From assembly GCF_006345805.1 (NCBI RefSeq), contig NC_043015.1, positions 51,274,001 to 51,338,000 of the forward strand: a DNA stretch of 64,000 nt, written 5' to 3'. The notes beneath the pieces were generated by a model. It worked only from the letters and a program-made list of their open reading frames with translations, searched no databases and was not told the DNA's origin. Below are positions 49,431-63,119 of this stretch, in pieces. Source of the stretch: Octopus sinensis (lineage: Eukaryota). The position numbers and the translations under genes were made by a program. Within the stretch, counting starts at the first letter, position 1, and each line of letters starts with the position of its first letter.

Positions 49431-52165
49431 CTAGAATGTAAAAAAACAAAACAATGAAAAATTTTATGTATGAAGGGTTTGAACCATTTCATTGAACCCT
49501 CCTGACAGCAAATTGATAGTCTGTAGGTTGTTGGATAGATTACCCCTAGGTATTTGTTTTGACTCTGTGTTTTGAGTTCAAATTCTGTTGAGGTTAACTT
49601 TGACTTTAATTATTTGGGAGGATAGGCATAGGAGTGGCTGTGTGGTAAGTAGCTTGCTTACCAACCACATGGTTCCGGGTTCAGTCCCACTGTGTGGCAC
49701 CTTGGGCAAGTGTCTTCTACTATAACCTGAAGCCGACCAAATCCTTGTGAGTGGATTTGGTAGATGGAAACTGAAAGAAGGCCATCGTATATATGTATAT
49801 ATATGTGTGTGTGTGTGTATATATTTGTGTGTCTGTGTTTGACCCCCAACATTGCTTGACAACCAATGCTGGTGTGTTTACATCCTCGTATATATTAGCA
49901 GTTCAGCAAAAGAGACTGATAGAATAAGTACTAGGCTTACAAAGAATAAGTCCTGGGGTTGATTTGCTCGACTAAAGGTGGTGCTCCAGCATGGCCACAG
50001 TCAAATGACTGAAACAAGTAAAAGAGTAAAGAGAGTAGGAGTGAATTGATAAAAAGAACAAACAAGAAAAAAAACAAAAAGAAAACAACCTAAGTCTGTA
50101 GATTGGTGGAATTATAAGAATATCAGACCTGATGTCTTCTGGTATTTCTTCCAGTGCTGTGTGTTTTGAGTTCAAATCCAGTTATGGCCCTCTTAGATGG
50201 TACACTTAATCTCAACTATTACTTTGCAGGTTAGGTGCCTTTAATGGAACCAACTGTGTTGCAAGCATTCAGGCCTGGTCTTCACTTTGAATATACTCTC
50301 TTCTTCCTTCTGTCTCTCTCCCAACAGTCTTGGAGGACTTGTAAAACGGTCAAGGGCGCTGCCTTCTCTCCTGACTCAAAGATTGCAAAAAAAAAAAAAG
50401 AAAAATCTGAACGAAAGAAATGGTTGGAAATAATGGAAGTCTTAGTAGTAATAATTCTACGTCTAACGATAACGATGTGAAGAAACCTCATAGCTTCTGT
50501 GTGTGTTTGTTATCTTTTTTTTTCAAAGTCCTACCTGCTCCATGAGTTGTATTGTGTGTAGTGCTGTCGTTAGGTTAATGTACAGAATCTTTTAGCCGAA
50601 GGATCAATAAAAACTGGAACTACAAAGTACACCATTCACTATGATATCTACAAGCTGTTCTGCAACAGATTCAACTTTCGGACTTCTACAGAATCAATTA
50701 CTGAACATGAAAAGGTTCTTGGCAGATTATTCAACTTCAGTAATCCTTTTGAATGATTGGGTTTGGTTTTTAAAGAATATCAAACTAAAATTCCTTCAAC
50801 AGCAGCTTATTGTGTCGTTTACCACCACATAAACCATGTTAGATTCACATTATATTAACGCCGCAATTCCTGGCCTCTCTATACACACACTGTGGCTCTC
50901 TGCTTCCTTGCTAGCTTTTTTTTTTTTTTTTCTCTAAGACATTGCAGATAATACTCCGATCTAATCTCTCTGTGATTATCTCCTCCTTGTATTACAGTTT
51001 GACTTAGCTGTTAGATATCAATAAAGTTTCCATATGTGAGACTGCTTCTTATTTCCAAGTAGCCTAACTTGATTCACTGGAAAATGGGAAAGAAAAGTGC
51101 TGAGAAAAATTTCAGTAAAATATCGGTTAAAAGTTACAGATGTTTATTTAGAAAATTCTTGCGTCGCAGTTACACAGATCAGTCTGTGAATAAAATCTAC
51201 ATTTAATGTAATTAATTGCTTTGATATTACATTTCAGTAGAGACAGCATGAAATTAAATGATACTTGTTGATAGGTTTGGTCCAGTCTGAGCAGTTTTCA
51301 ATGAGTAAATATGGAAAATGACTTATTTCGTTTTTACGGCTTCAACTAATTTGATAAAACAAACCTAGAGATAATTTGATAGGAATGTAAACTTGAAGAA
51401 TGTTGTGGTTTTCATATGAGGAATCTGGATGAGTATAGCACCGCATATATACAAGGCTGCAGTCTCACACATACACATATGCTTGTACATGCACACACAC
51501 ACACTCACACACACATATATACACACACATACACATGTACACACATGCAGACACTGAAGTAATGATTTTAATGGGAAATTGTCAGATATGGAAAAAGACA
51601 ATGGTATTTGAAATTTCTTGGCTGTGTGGTTCATAAACTCATTTTGGTTTTAGGTTCAATCCCATTGTATGACACCTTGGACATGTGACTTCTACTAAAA
51701 CTTGGGGGCCAACAAATGCTTGTGAATGAATTTGGTAGACAGAAACTAAGTGGAAGCCCATCATGTGCCACCTCGACTGTCTTCTATGCTGGCGGCACAA
51801 AAACCACCAACCAATCGTGGTCGTTACCATCCCCCTCTGGCCCCTGTGCCGGTGGCATGTAAAAAGCACCTAATACTTTCAGAGTGGTTGGCATTAGGAA
51901 GGGTATCCAGCTGTAGAAACACTGCCAGATCAGACTGGAGCTGGTGCAGCCTCCTGGTTTTGCAGACCCCAGTCAAACTGTCCTACCCATGCCAGTATGG
52001 AAAACGGATGTTAAACGATGATGATGATGATCTTTGTAATAATATATATATATATTCATAATACTAATTAATAGCTTAAAGCTCATAAGCATTCACCATG
52101 TGTTGGCTATAGACAATCGTCTAATATTAAGGCGTATAAGCCCTCAATGGAAAAAAAGTGGGTAT

Positions 52166-52239
52166 TGGTACATGTGGGAATTGAACCCACACCTCTCACA
52201 TTTGTGATAAGTGTGCCAACCATTTACACCAACCTGCAT
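52166..52239 (-). pseudogene. tRNA-like relic (pseudo-tRNA or isolated SINE head)
   Basis: Minus strand has a perfect T-arm gtggg-ttcaatt-cccac, a plausible D-arm and a 3' acca. The acceptor and anticodon stems are broken. Confidence 0.45.
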
Positions 52240-52329
52240 GACTTCTGAAACACTATCTTTGTTGAAGGTATGTTTTACCATGGCTACACAGGTCCTATGT
52301 AATACTTCTTGTCACTAATCAGTATGGAC

Positions 52330-52760
52330 TATCATCACCTCCACCATTAGATAATGTGCATTCGGTCTTTCTTGATCTCCCTCTTTTGCAGTTTTCACTA
52401 ACCTGAAATAATTGGCTTTTGCATGCAACAGTTATCCTCCATGTGCATCACATGCCTCTACGAGCAGCACCTCCTCTCTAATACACCACACCTGATTTTG
52501 ATTATATCCAGCCTTTCTCTTAGCTTGTTATCCCAGCGTTCACACACACTAATCTTATATATCCATTAGAGCATGATGGCTTCATTTCTTTCTAACCTTT
52601 GCAAGTCTTCTGTGTTTAGAACCCGTGTTTTTCTACCATGCAACATCGCAATTCTAACACAAACCACAAACAATCTGCCCTTCACTCTGAGAAAAAGGAT
52701 TTGTCTTGCCTCTCTGAACTTTTCCAGACTTTCCTAGGTTCAGCCGTTATACTTTCTAAA
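52330..52760 (-). mobile_element. Degenerate RTE-clade LINE fragment
   Basis: RVKGRLFVVCVRIAMLHGRKTRVLNTEDLQRLERNEAIML*W...RHVMHMED matches the RTE LHGSETW...LERNE..MLRW...GHV.RM pattern. Confidence 0.75.
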
Positions 52761-53276
52761 TACTGTAAATCCTTGAGTTTAATCCGCATTTTTTCCCAAA
52801 AATTTAACAGTCAAAATCCCTTGTGCGTACTATATACGAGGTTAAAAATGAAAAATATTTTCTAAGCAATGTCCGAGACTCTATTTGCTGTCCGGCAATG
52901 TTTATTCAGATGCATTTTGTAATGTTGGATGTGAAAATACCTTAAGCTAAGCCTGAAAGCAATGAAGTCATAAAAGTATCATACATAACTTGCATTAAGC
53001 AACATTTATTAAACGTTATTACTGTTATTTCTTTATTTTCTGCAAGCAAAATGCACAAAAAAGCTACACGGTTGCATTATGTTATATATGCAATAATAAT
53101 AAAGGATGTTACTGTATACATTTTTACAAACCAAGGACGTTACATAGACCTCCTTGACTCAAGTTAGAGAAGGGGTGTGTATTATACACAAGGTTTACGT
53201 TTTTCAGACGTACAGCCCCCTAAAAATTCCCTGCATATTGTACTCAAGGGCGGACTATACTTGAGGATTTACGGTA
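52761..53276. mobile_element. pogo/Tigger-like MITE abutting (probably inserted into) the RTE relic
   Basis: 27-bp TIRs tactgtaaatccttgagtttaatccgc and gcggactatacttgaggatttacggta (about 22/27 complementary), with TA at both ends. Confidence 0.75.
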
Positions 53277-53499
53277 CCCACTTACCCCACTAATGAAGCC
53301 TCTTAGGTTACAGAAACTATGAATTACTTGTAGTGAGCCATCTGGGCCAATCTCTTTCTGCTCTGCTCATATTGAGTACTGGAGTAGATTCATTTGACTA
53401 AAGATTCTTCAATGCAGTGCCCCAGCACATCCATAGCCTAGTGACTGAAAGAAGTAAAGAGATAAGAAACATATATACACACATGCATACATGTGTGTA

Positions 53500-53790
53500 T
53501 ATATCACTGTGATCACCGTGAATGACCAGGCTATCAGATGTTGCTACACATCGCTGATCACAATGCACTTTGCATTGTTTTAGCCTTCAAATGATGCCAC
53601 CCCGCTGGCTAAGCGAGTAGGCCAACAGAAGAAAGAGTAAGAGAAAGTTGTGGTGAAAGAGTACAGCACCACCCCTACCGGAGCCTCGTGGAGCTTTAGG
53701 TGTTTTCGCTTAATAAACACTCACAACTCTGGGAATTGAAACCTCAATCCTACGACTGCAAGTTCACTGTCCTAACCACTGGGCCATTAT
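53500..53790 (-). mobile_element. Family F tRNA-head SINE
   Basis: Homologous to 11950-12140. Reverse head aatggcccagtggttaggac...gtttcaattccc. Confidence 0.7.
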
Positions 53791-54429
53791 ACATATATAT
53801 ATATATATATATAGCTTTATATATATATAATTATATGTATGTATATATATAAAGAAGCATTGGTTTTTGAACAAACATTAAATTTGGGTCAACGACCTTA
53901 CATACAACAACATTTAATTATATATAAAGAAAACACCATGGTTCTCAACCACATAAAAAATAATACATATGGCCTATCAAAAAGTTAAATATAAACAGCT
54001 AAAAATTCAAAAACCACCCAAAAACCTAATATGAAATAAGTTAAGGTAAAAATAAGATAAAATAAGATAAAATAAATGTCCACAGACTAAAAAAATTTTT
54101 TTAGACGATTAAAATATTTTTTAAAAACTTAAAAAAATTTTTTTATTTAAATATTTGAAAAAATATTTGAAACAAGTCTTTTACTTCGCTCATACAAGTA
54201 CGTTCAAAGTTCATAAGTAAACAGACTTCCACAGGTCAAATTCAACCTTCACATATATCTATGGCCATTTTGGGAGCTCACCACTACAGTTTATTTACAT
54301 TAAAGTGCATCATGGCGATGACCTCCTCATCAGGATAAATAGGAAACAGGACACATACACAGATCAATTTTTTTATGACCCAAATTTTATGTTTGTTCTA
54401 TAACCAATGCTTCTTTATCTTTGTCTCAT

Positions 54430-54745
54430 TTATATTTGAGCACTTCTTTTGCAGTCCTATAAACCCTTTTGTTTCTATAAAAAGAGACAAATATTATAAT
54501 ATTATTTCTTGTTGGATATATATGATCACCGCAAACACCATGATGTTGACTGGATGTTTGATTTTTATCACTCTCAGGTTGCACTGTCTTCAGATTGGCA
54601 CCCAAACACTCTGAAATGTTCATATTGGAACTTCTGGCATGAATGCCAAGTAATACAGCCTGTTCTTTCCAAATTTCTGGCAGAGTAAATTGCATTATGG
54701 TGGTATTTTTCTCACAGACAGTGCTCAATTGACCCTACAATACTG
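54430..54745 (-). mobile_element. Possible deleted Tc1/mariner-superfamily element
   Basis: EQAVLLGIHARSSNMNISECLGANLKTVQ resembles a transposase N-terminal HTH. The end ta-cagtattgtagggtc is TIR-like, but no partner TIR was confirmed. Confidence 0.4.
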
Positions 54746-54825
54746 TGTAGTTAACAAAATCAAAAGCAAACAATATACATGTGTGAAATTAAAAATATAA
54801 AATGCTAACAGTTTACCCATTACAG

Positions 54826-54871
<46 letters not shown>

Positions 54872-55669
54872 AATGTATGAAATGGTGGATTAGTATGTTA
54901 TTTCCCTTGATGTTTAGAAATCAAATTCCACCAATACTGATTGTCGTTATCTGTCTCTGTTCTTTTGGCGTCAATAAAAATTAGTTCCCGTTAATAACTG
55001 GTACAAACTTCTTGTTCAAACTTTCATTTTTGGCCTCTATGATTAAAAACTTATATCTCTTCTTCATATATTGCTTTATAAATGCTGAAATATTTTATCT
55101 TCCTTAACACTTCACCATAGTCTAAATGCCGTCACTTGTCTCTCGTTATCTTTATCCGTTTGTTTGTATGTATTTTTTTTTTGTTTGGTTTTGTTACATA
55201 GAATTGTCTTTGTTCTTAGTGATTATACTTCTTGAGAATACTAGCTTCTTTTGCCAACCACAAAGCTAAAAGATTATGAGATTATGTGAAGTGTCAGTTA
55301 AACGAATTCCTCAGTGGTTTCAGTAAGAAATCGGTAAAAATTATTTACAAAGGAGTCTCCAGTGTATATACATTTAAACTTTTCGATGCCAAACACAAAA
55401 GTTTAAAATCTGAAACGTATTCGATAAAACTTGGGAGAAATTGTCGAGTGTACTTCACTGAAGATCGTTAAGAGAGAATGTCATTAAAACGAGATTAAAA
55501 ACACAAAAAATGAAAATAAAATTAGAAACCCAAATCCACTTTTTATTATAACATGTGGTACTTCAAAATGCCTTTGAAGCAGGATAACGTTTGATCAAGT
55601 TGCACAGACACATGTGCATGTGTAAAATACGCTTCAGATTGTTGTTTATGCTGTTGTATTTCAGTGTTG

Positions 55670-56286
55670 GGTGGTGGTCGTGGTTGGTTGTAGTGGTGGT
55701 GGCGGTGGTGTGCCAGGATGGCATTTAACTAGTAAGGCAATATTCATAGATAGAAATTGTTTATTGTAGTAGTAGTAGTAGTGGTGGTGGTGGTAGTGGT
55801 GGTAATGGTGATGGTGGTGGTAGGAGTAGTGTTGATATTAGAAGTAGTTGTGGTAGTAATAATGGCGGTGTTGGTTGTGGGGCAGGATGTTGTTGTAGTA
55901 GTGATAATTATGGTGGTGGTAGTGATGGTAGTAATAGTGGTGATGCTAGAAGTAGTAGTAGTTGTAGTAATAGTATTGGTGATGGTGGTAGTAGTTGTAG
56001 TAGTAATGTTAGTAGTTGCGTTGCTGGTGGTAGCAGTGGTATTGGTGATGGTAGTATCAGTAGTGGTGGTTGTAGTGGTGGCAGTGGTGGTGGTTGTAGT
56101 GATAGTGATGGTTGGAGTGGTGTGGTGGTGGTGGTGGGGGTTGTAGTGATGGCGATGGTTGTTGTGGTGATGGTGGTAGCAGTGGTGGTGGTGGTTGTAT
56201 TGGTGGCAGTGGTGGTTGTAGTGATGGTGATGGTTGTAGTGGTGGTGGTAGTGGCAATGGTATTGGTGGTAGTAGCAGTGATAATG

Positions 56287-56326
<40 letters not shown>

Positions 56327-56420
56327 AAGCAGCAGCAGCAGTAGTAGTAGTAGTAGTAGTTGTAGTGGTAGTTGTGTTGGTGAGTTCTACAGTATGGCAG
56401 TGGTGATAGTTGTGGTGGCT
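55670..56420. repeat. GTA/GTG/GAT trinucleotide low-complexity tract
   Basis: Direct inspection. Source of poly-V/T/H ORFs. Confidence 0.95.
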
Positions 56421-58049
56421 GACTTACCATTTTTGTCCCTTCCATTGTTACCGAGAGAAATCCCTACCTGCCTGTCACGGTCGTTATTTGTTGTTTACTG
56501 TTTGTTCCATTTTGGTTACAAACACAAGAACACGAAAAAAAAAAACTAAATAAATAAAAAGGATAGAATAAAAACAAAAACAAAAAGAACTTTTCCAGGG
56601 AATCCACTTGAAAAGACATCTTCCTCTTGAAAACCTCTTTATCCATTCCATCTCCAGAGTTCACGTCTTGTTTGTTTGTTTGTTTGTTTGTTATTGTTTT
56701 GTTGTTTTTATTTTTAGTTTATAAATTTCAATTGATCCAAATGTTTAGCAAAAAAAAAAACAACAAAAAAAAAACGACAAAGTTCAACAAAGTGATATTG
56801 GGTTATGTGTGTGTGTTATTTGTTGTTTGTTTGTAGATTTTTTTTTGTGGTTTCTTTTTTTCTTTTCTTTTCTGCGATTTTTCAAAATTCTATTTTGGTA
56901 TAAATGCGATCTGGTTTAATTAAGAGTTTAATATCTGTAGATTTTTACCAATGTATTTGGAGACACAAAAGAAAGAATTCTCATATGTCGGAAGAAGAAG
57001 AAGAAGAAAGAGAAAGAAAGAAAAAAAACTTAAATTGTCATCATCTTGGATGTTGTTTATCATGTTAAATTTGATTATATGTTATATAATTACATAAAAA
57101 TACAAAAATATTTAAAAGAAAATTTTAAAAGCCATTTCCATCACACTGTGTGCAATTTAGTTGAATTTTAAATCTAAAATTTTCACAAATTCTTGTTTTT
57201 GTTTTTATAGCTTTCATTGGTTTTTTGTTTAATTTCATTTTTTCTGTTTCTTTTCTGGCATTTTTGATGTGATACTTTAGGTCTCCATCCATCTGCTTCT
57301 ATTAATTTTCCTCTATTTATTAATTTTCGCTGTCATATAATGAAATAATACCACGGTGATAGATCTCCTGTAACCCTGGCATTAAATATAATACGACTTT
57401 ACCAATGCCATTAGCAGATTCAAATAAGAATCGTCTTAGAGAGAGCATAGCTGTCTTTAATCTTCTCTCATTATATGAGAGAAATGTCAAGATTCTCTGC
57501 AATGTAATCTACTTAGCCCTATTTAAACAGAGCCCACCATTTCCTTTCTGGCTTTCTTTTCACCTTATGAATATTTTATACTTCCACATGCCGTCTTTAC
57601 CATTGTTTAGTAGTTTTGGTATCTTTTAATGACAACATTACATCAGGTCTCGATCTTAGTGATCACTCCGTTATAATAGATACCAATAACTATTGTTATC
57701 TGTTATGGATTTTGTTTTGTTTTATTTTATTTTATTTTATGGGTTTTTTTTTCAGTTCTGTTAATTGTTTGTGTTCCTGGCTTTGACTGGGTAAACGAGA
57801 ATACAGGAGGATCAGTTAATTATGATTTTATTCACCTTATTCTCCCCCACCCCTGTCAGGTTCACACACTTATTGCAGCAGAATGTGGTGAGGCTAGACT
57901 TGTTTTGATATTTGTGTGTGTGCACATGTTGGGATGAGTAGTATAGTTCATTGTTTTGACCTTTAGTCACAGCAAGCACTGCCTTAATGAATTCAGATGT
58001 TAAAGGGCCAGGAAGCAAAGTTTGTTTTGGTGTTGAAGTTCCTTGTCTG

Positions 58050-58780
58050 AGTTGACAAATGATGTTCTCTTAAAGGGTCCTTTTAATTACTTCTGGTGGT
58101 ACAGTGATATGACATAGGAAAATAATGTTTTTGTTTTTTTTGTTTACTTCATTTATAGGTTCTTCTCTTGTTCAGTTAGATGCTAATGGTGGTTAGTGTT
58201 TCACTGTTTTGTAATGTTCTGTTTGAATGCTAGGAAGGAAGCTTTGATCTTATGTTTGCATGACACAATTACTTCAGAATGGTCATTAATTATGTGTTCC
58301 CTGATGATCTCTAGAGTTTCCTCCAAGCATAAGTTACACACTTGCAATATTCTGTTGTATGGTCTAGTGTATGTTTATTATAACCAGTTGGTTGTATGGT
58401 CCACACTTTTCCATTTGAGCCTCCAGACAAGATTAAATACTGATATGCGATACCTTTTGTTTTGGTTGGAAAATGACATAAGATGGTTACTCAGGCAGTT
58501 TTTCATGGTGTCTCCAGTTCTCCCAATATACATATATTTTAGAGCACCTGCATTCACTTCACATTTGTAAACTACATTCTTCACCATGCAGTTATTAAAT
58601 TTGCATTTATTTTCCCCTCTGCAGTTACATACATTATCTTTTCTGGTTCTGTAAGAGGAGTTATCATTAGTACCTACATTCCTTTTTCCCACTGCAACAG
58701 GGTTCTTATTTTCCTCAGGTATGGTACTTTTGAACCTGTTATGGAGGAGATTTATCATTCATAATCTCAAGCATTCTCTC
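58050..58780 (-). mobile_element. Penelope-like element GIY-YIG fragment
   Basis: ORF 58378-58758 contains CNCRGENKC...VVYKCEV...YMYIGRTG...LSNHLMSFSN...KRY...VWRLK. A downstream frame has NLCLEETLEII...N.HSE...CKH. Confidence 0.88.
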
Positions 58781-59019
58781 ATTTAAAATTTTTTGCCTCC
58801 TCTACTTTTATCGTATTAAATTTTATATTATTTAATTTATGTATCTAGTATTCTAGATTGCATGATGTCACATATGCTAATTTCACACTATGTCTGTTGA
58901 TGATTTTGTGACATCTGCTAGATTTAGGGAAGAGCTCATCTAATGCTGTAATGAATTTCTCACCTATTTTAGATTTTATTAGCAAACTGAATTCATTAGA
59001 CTATGGATGTATGAGCGTG

Positions 59020-59027
59020 TGGAGATA

Positions 59028-59098
<71 letters not shown>

Positions 59099-59099
59099 A

Positions 59100-59151
<52 letters not shown>

Positions 59152-59233
59152 ATATAATATATATATATATAAACACATACATATATATCTACACATATAT
59201 TATACATATATATATACATACACACACACACCT

Positions 59234-59281
<48 letters not shown>

Positions 59282-59370
59282 ACATACATATATATCTACA
59301 CATATATTTATACATATATATATATACATACACACACACACCTATACATATATATATATATATACACACA

Positions 59371-59404
<34 letters not shown>

Positions 59405-59420
59405 GACACACACACACACG
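59020..59420. repeat. TA/CA compound microsatellite with a duplicated unit of about 110 bp
   Basis: aaacacatacatatatatctacacatatatt...cacacacctatacat occurs near 59170 and near 59278. Confidence 0.88.
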
Positions 59421-60529
59421 TCTCCACAAGCTCACTACCGTAGTCAAATGAATTCAGTTGGTGTTGTTAATAAGTTGTTGCTGTTCGTCCTATGTCTATA
59501 GATCTGAAGAGACAGAAGTGAGTGCTAATGCAGACTGTTGCATTGTGGGACCTCCTGTAGTTTGGAAACTGTTTCACATCAATTTCATCCACTTTCGCTG
59601 TTTTATTTTCTGTCATGCATTTTATGAACAATAACCCCATTGTCTTATCAGTTTCCCATTGGGCCGATCGCTGCTTTACTGCTTACCTGATGGTGTTGGT
59701 CATAAAGAAATGTCTGTGTGTCCCTAGGGCTATAAGTAATATAAAGTACATTTGTTCAAGGCACTTAGTTTGTTGCTTTTATTATCTGTGTGTCCATCTT
59801 TTATTGTTTTTTCCTTACATACACACACACACACACACTCCTGTACATATGCAAATGCACATGTGTGTGTATGTGTGTGCATGCTAGTGTGCAACCGGTT
59901 ATCTAGACATGCTTTTTTTCCTCACCAACCTAAGACTTGTGAGTGGATGTGAAGACGGAAACTGAAAGAAGACCATCATATATTTGTGTGTGTGTGTGTC
60001 TTTGTGTCTGTGTTTGTCCCCCACCACCACTTGACAACCGGTGTTGGTGTGTTTTCATCTCTATAACTTAGCAGTTCAGCAAAATAGACTGATAAAATAA
60101 GTACTGGGCTTAAAAACGTAAGTCCTAGTGTTGATTTGTTCCACTAAAGCTTTTCCAGGTGGCGCCCCAGCATGATCGCAGTCCAGTGACTAAAGCAAGT
60201 AAAAGAGAAAAGACAGTTCGCCTATTAACAGTGTGTGTACATTAAGTATGATTCATAGATAGTTATTTGATAACATATTACACACCAGTTTAGCCCTGGG
60301 TCAACCCTAAGTAAACAGCCTTATCATCAACGGTATTCTTTATAGAATTATATATAGGTGCAGGAGTGGCTGTGTGATAAGTAGCTTGCTTACCAGCCAC
60401 ATGGTTCTGGGTTCAGTCCCACTGCATGGCACCTTGGGCAAGTGTCTTCTACTATAGCCTCGGGCCGCCCAAAGCCTTGTGAGTGGATTTGATAGACGGA
60501 ATCTAAAAGAAGCCTGTCGTATATATGTG

Positions 60530-60566
<37 letters not shown>

Positions 60567-62045
60567 GTATGTATGTATGTGTGTGTATATGTTTGTGTGT
60601 CTGTGTTTGTCCCCCAACATTGCTTGACAACCGATGTTGGTGTGTTTACCGTCCCCGTAACTTAGCAGTTCAGCAAAAGAGACCAATAGAATAAGTATTG
60701 GGCTTACAAAGAATAAGTCCTTGGGTTGAGTTTTTGACTAAAGGCGGCCACAGTCAAATGGCTGAAACATGTAAAAGAGTATGTGTTTTTTCTTCCTTGT
60801 TTAAAACAACAGTTGGGTACGTGAAATCAGGAAAATTTGATTGCCATTTCTCACAGGTTGAACAGTCATGTAGAGGACCCCTCATTAGTGTGGGTCATTA
60901 TATGTTTGTTGACTATATAATGATTTCTACCCACAAGTTGATTACCTGGCAATTTATTCCTTTGTAAAGAAACTATTAAATATTTATGCTTTGTTTTATT
61001 ATTTTTTTTTTATTCTTCCCTAGTTTTGATTTACCTTTATTAATACTTAATCACTAATTTTGATCTGTTTTTAATTGATCTGAAAATTCTGCAATAATTG
61101 ATCTATTGATGTTTTTTTTTAAAATCATTCAATAATGACTTGAGTTAGAATCTTGTTTAGTTCCTTTGTTGCCAGCCTCGCCTGGCCCCCGTGCCGGTGG
61201 CACGTAAAAGCACCATCCGTTCATGGCCGTTGCCAGCCTCACCTGGCCCCCGTGCCGGTGGCACGTAAAAAGCACCATCCGTCGGTGGCCGTTTTCCAGC
61301 TCCGTCTGGCACCTGTGCAGGTGGCACCTAAAAAGCACCCACTACACTCACAGAGTGGTTGGCGTTAGGAAGGGCATCCAGCCGTAGAAACACTGCCAGA
61401 TCAGACTGGGCCTGATGCAGCCTTCTGGCTTCACAGACCCCAGTTGAACCGTCCAACCCATGCTAGCATGGAAAGCGGACGCTAAATGATGATGATGATG
61501 ATGATGATGATGTTATTCCAATGTGGCAGAGAAGAGTTTGTGACATCTCAAGTAATCCTGCTTCTGCCTGGAACATTCTGTCAGTTTGGGTGTTGTAAAG
61601 TTAGAATCTGAATGAAGAGTATGGAGGGCTACATCTTGAGAGCATGGGCTTTCTTTTCTTAATCTCCGTGTCAATATGCTGACTAAAAGAGTCAGTGATA
61701 ATTATATTTCAGGTGCCAGTGCCACATAAAAAGCACCCATGCCAGTGCTGTGTAATGATGATATAATCCAAGGGTTTCCAACCTTATTTTGCTTGTGGAC
61801 CCCTGAGAGCTATCTTATCATTTGTGGACCCCATATATGCACATGTAAATTTTTGAATTACACTGTGGCCATGCTGGGGCACTGTCTTGAAGAATTGTTA
61901 GTTGAATGAATTAACCCAGAAACATTTTTCTTAAGCCTGGTACTTATTCTATCAGTCTCTTTTGTAGAACCACTAAGTTTTGGGGATGTAAACACACATA
62001 CACCAGTTGTCATGTGGTGGTTGGGAAAAAACACAGACACAAAGA

Positions 62046-62078
<33 letters not shown>

Positions 62079-63119
62079 GATGGGCTTCTTTCAGTCTCCA
62101 TCTACCAAATATGTTCACAAGTCTTGGGTCAGCCTGAATCTATTGTAGAAGACACTGGCGCAAGGTGCTACTCAGTGGGACTGAACCCGGAACCATGTGG
62201 TTGGGATGCAAGCTTCTTATCGCACAGCCACACCTGTTGGTGGTTTTCAGGATTCTGGGGTTTATGAGGTCTAAAGCTTTCAGGGAAAAGAATATATGTG
62301 AAGAGGGTCAACAGAAAGAACCTGCAGTATCGTAGAGCATTTTTTTCATCCTGGAGGCTTTGAGGATTCAACATCGCTTAAAGTCCGCTTTCCATGCTAG
62401 CATGGGTTGGAAGATTTTGACTGAGGGCTGGCGAATCAGATGGCTGCACCAGGCTCCAATCTTGATCTGGCAGAGTTTCTACAGCTGGATGCCCTTCCTA
62501 ACACCAACGTGTGATTTTTTTTTTCAGCCTATAGCCTATAGTTTCCAAGATTGACAAATTTGTGATTTATTCACTGTTAATTGCACTGTTTCTCACACAA
62601 ATCTCTTTCGGCACCTCAACTCTCATACCATTTTCTCATCTGGTCAAGAATTTAATGGAAATAAACACCTATATTAATTAATTCAATTGTGCGCTCAGAA
62701 CTACCGCCGCCCACACCAAACCGTTTTCCAATCGACAATTTCAGTAAACAATCATGTTCAAAATGAATTGGTTTCCTTTACAAGTGGCGCTATTAAAGAA
62801 AGGCTCTAGTTTGGCTAATTTGAATGAAAATGTCATTTCGATGTTTGGTATTAAGAAAATGTTATTTGCTAAATTGGTAATAAAATAGTTATGTGTCATT
62901 TTGATTTTAGCAAGTGTCTTCAATGAAAGGGCTTAAAATGTCTCTCTCTCTCTCTCTACTTTTCTCTTTCTATCTCTTTCTATTTCCTCTCCCTCTCTCG
63001 CTCTCTCTCCCTTTCCTACTTTATACCGTATGCTATTAAAGATTTTTGTAGTCTGTCACTAAAAGACATGGATTCTGTTATAATTATACTTTTCACGGCA
63101 AAACATTTTCTTGTTACAG

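Noticed and set aside
50170-50830. Coding-looking islands with strong acceptor-like sites on both strands
   Set aside because: No consistent acceptor-donor pair with an open frame, and no recognised protein.
52166-52239. Functional tRNA gene
   Set aside because: The acceptor and anticodon stems are broken; kept only as a tRNA-like relic.
56880-57690. Possible PLE reverse-transcriptase relic and a gatc-stem hammerhead remnant
   Set aside because: Only scattered motif-like residues; the catalytic core is unrecognisable.
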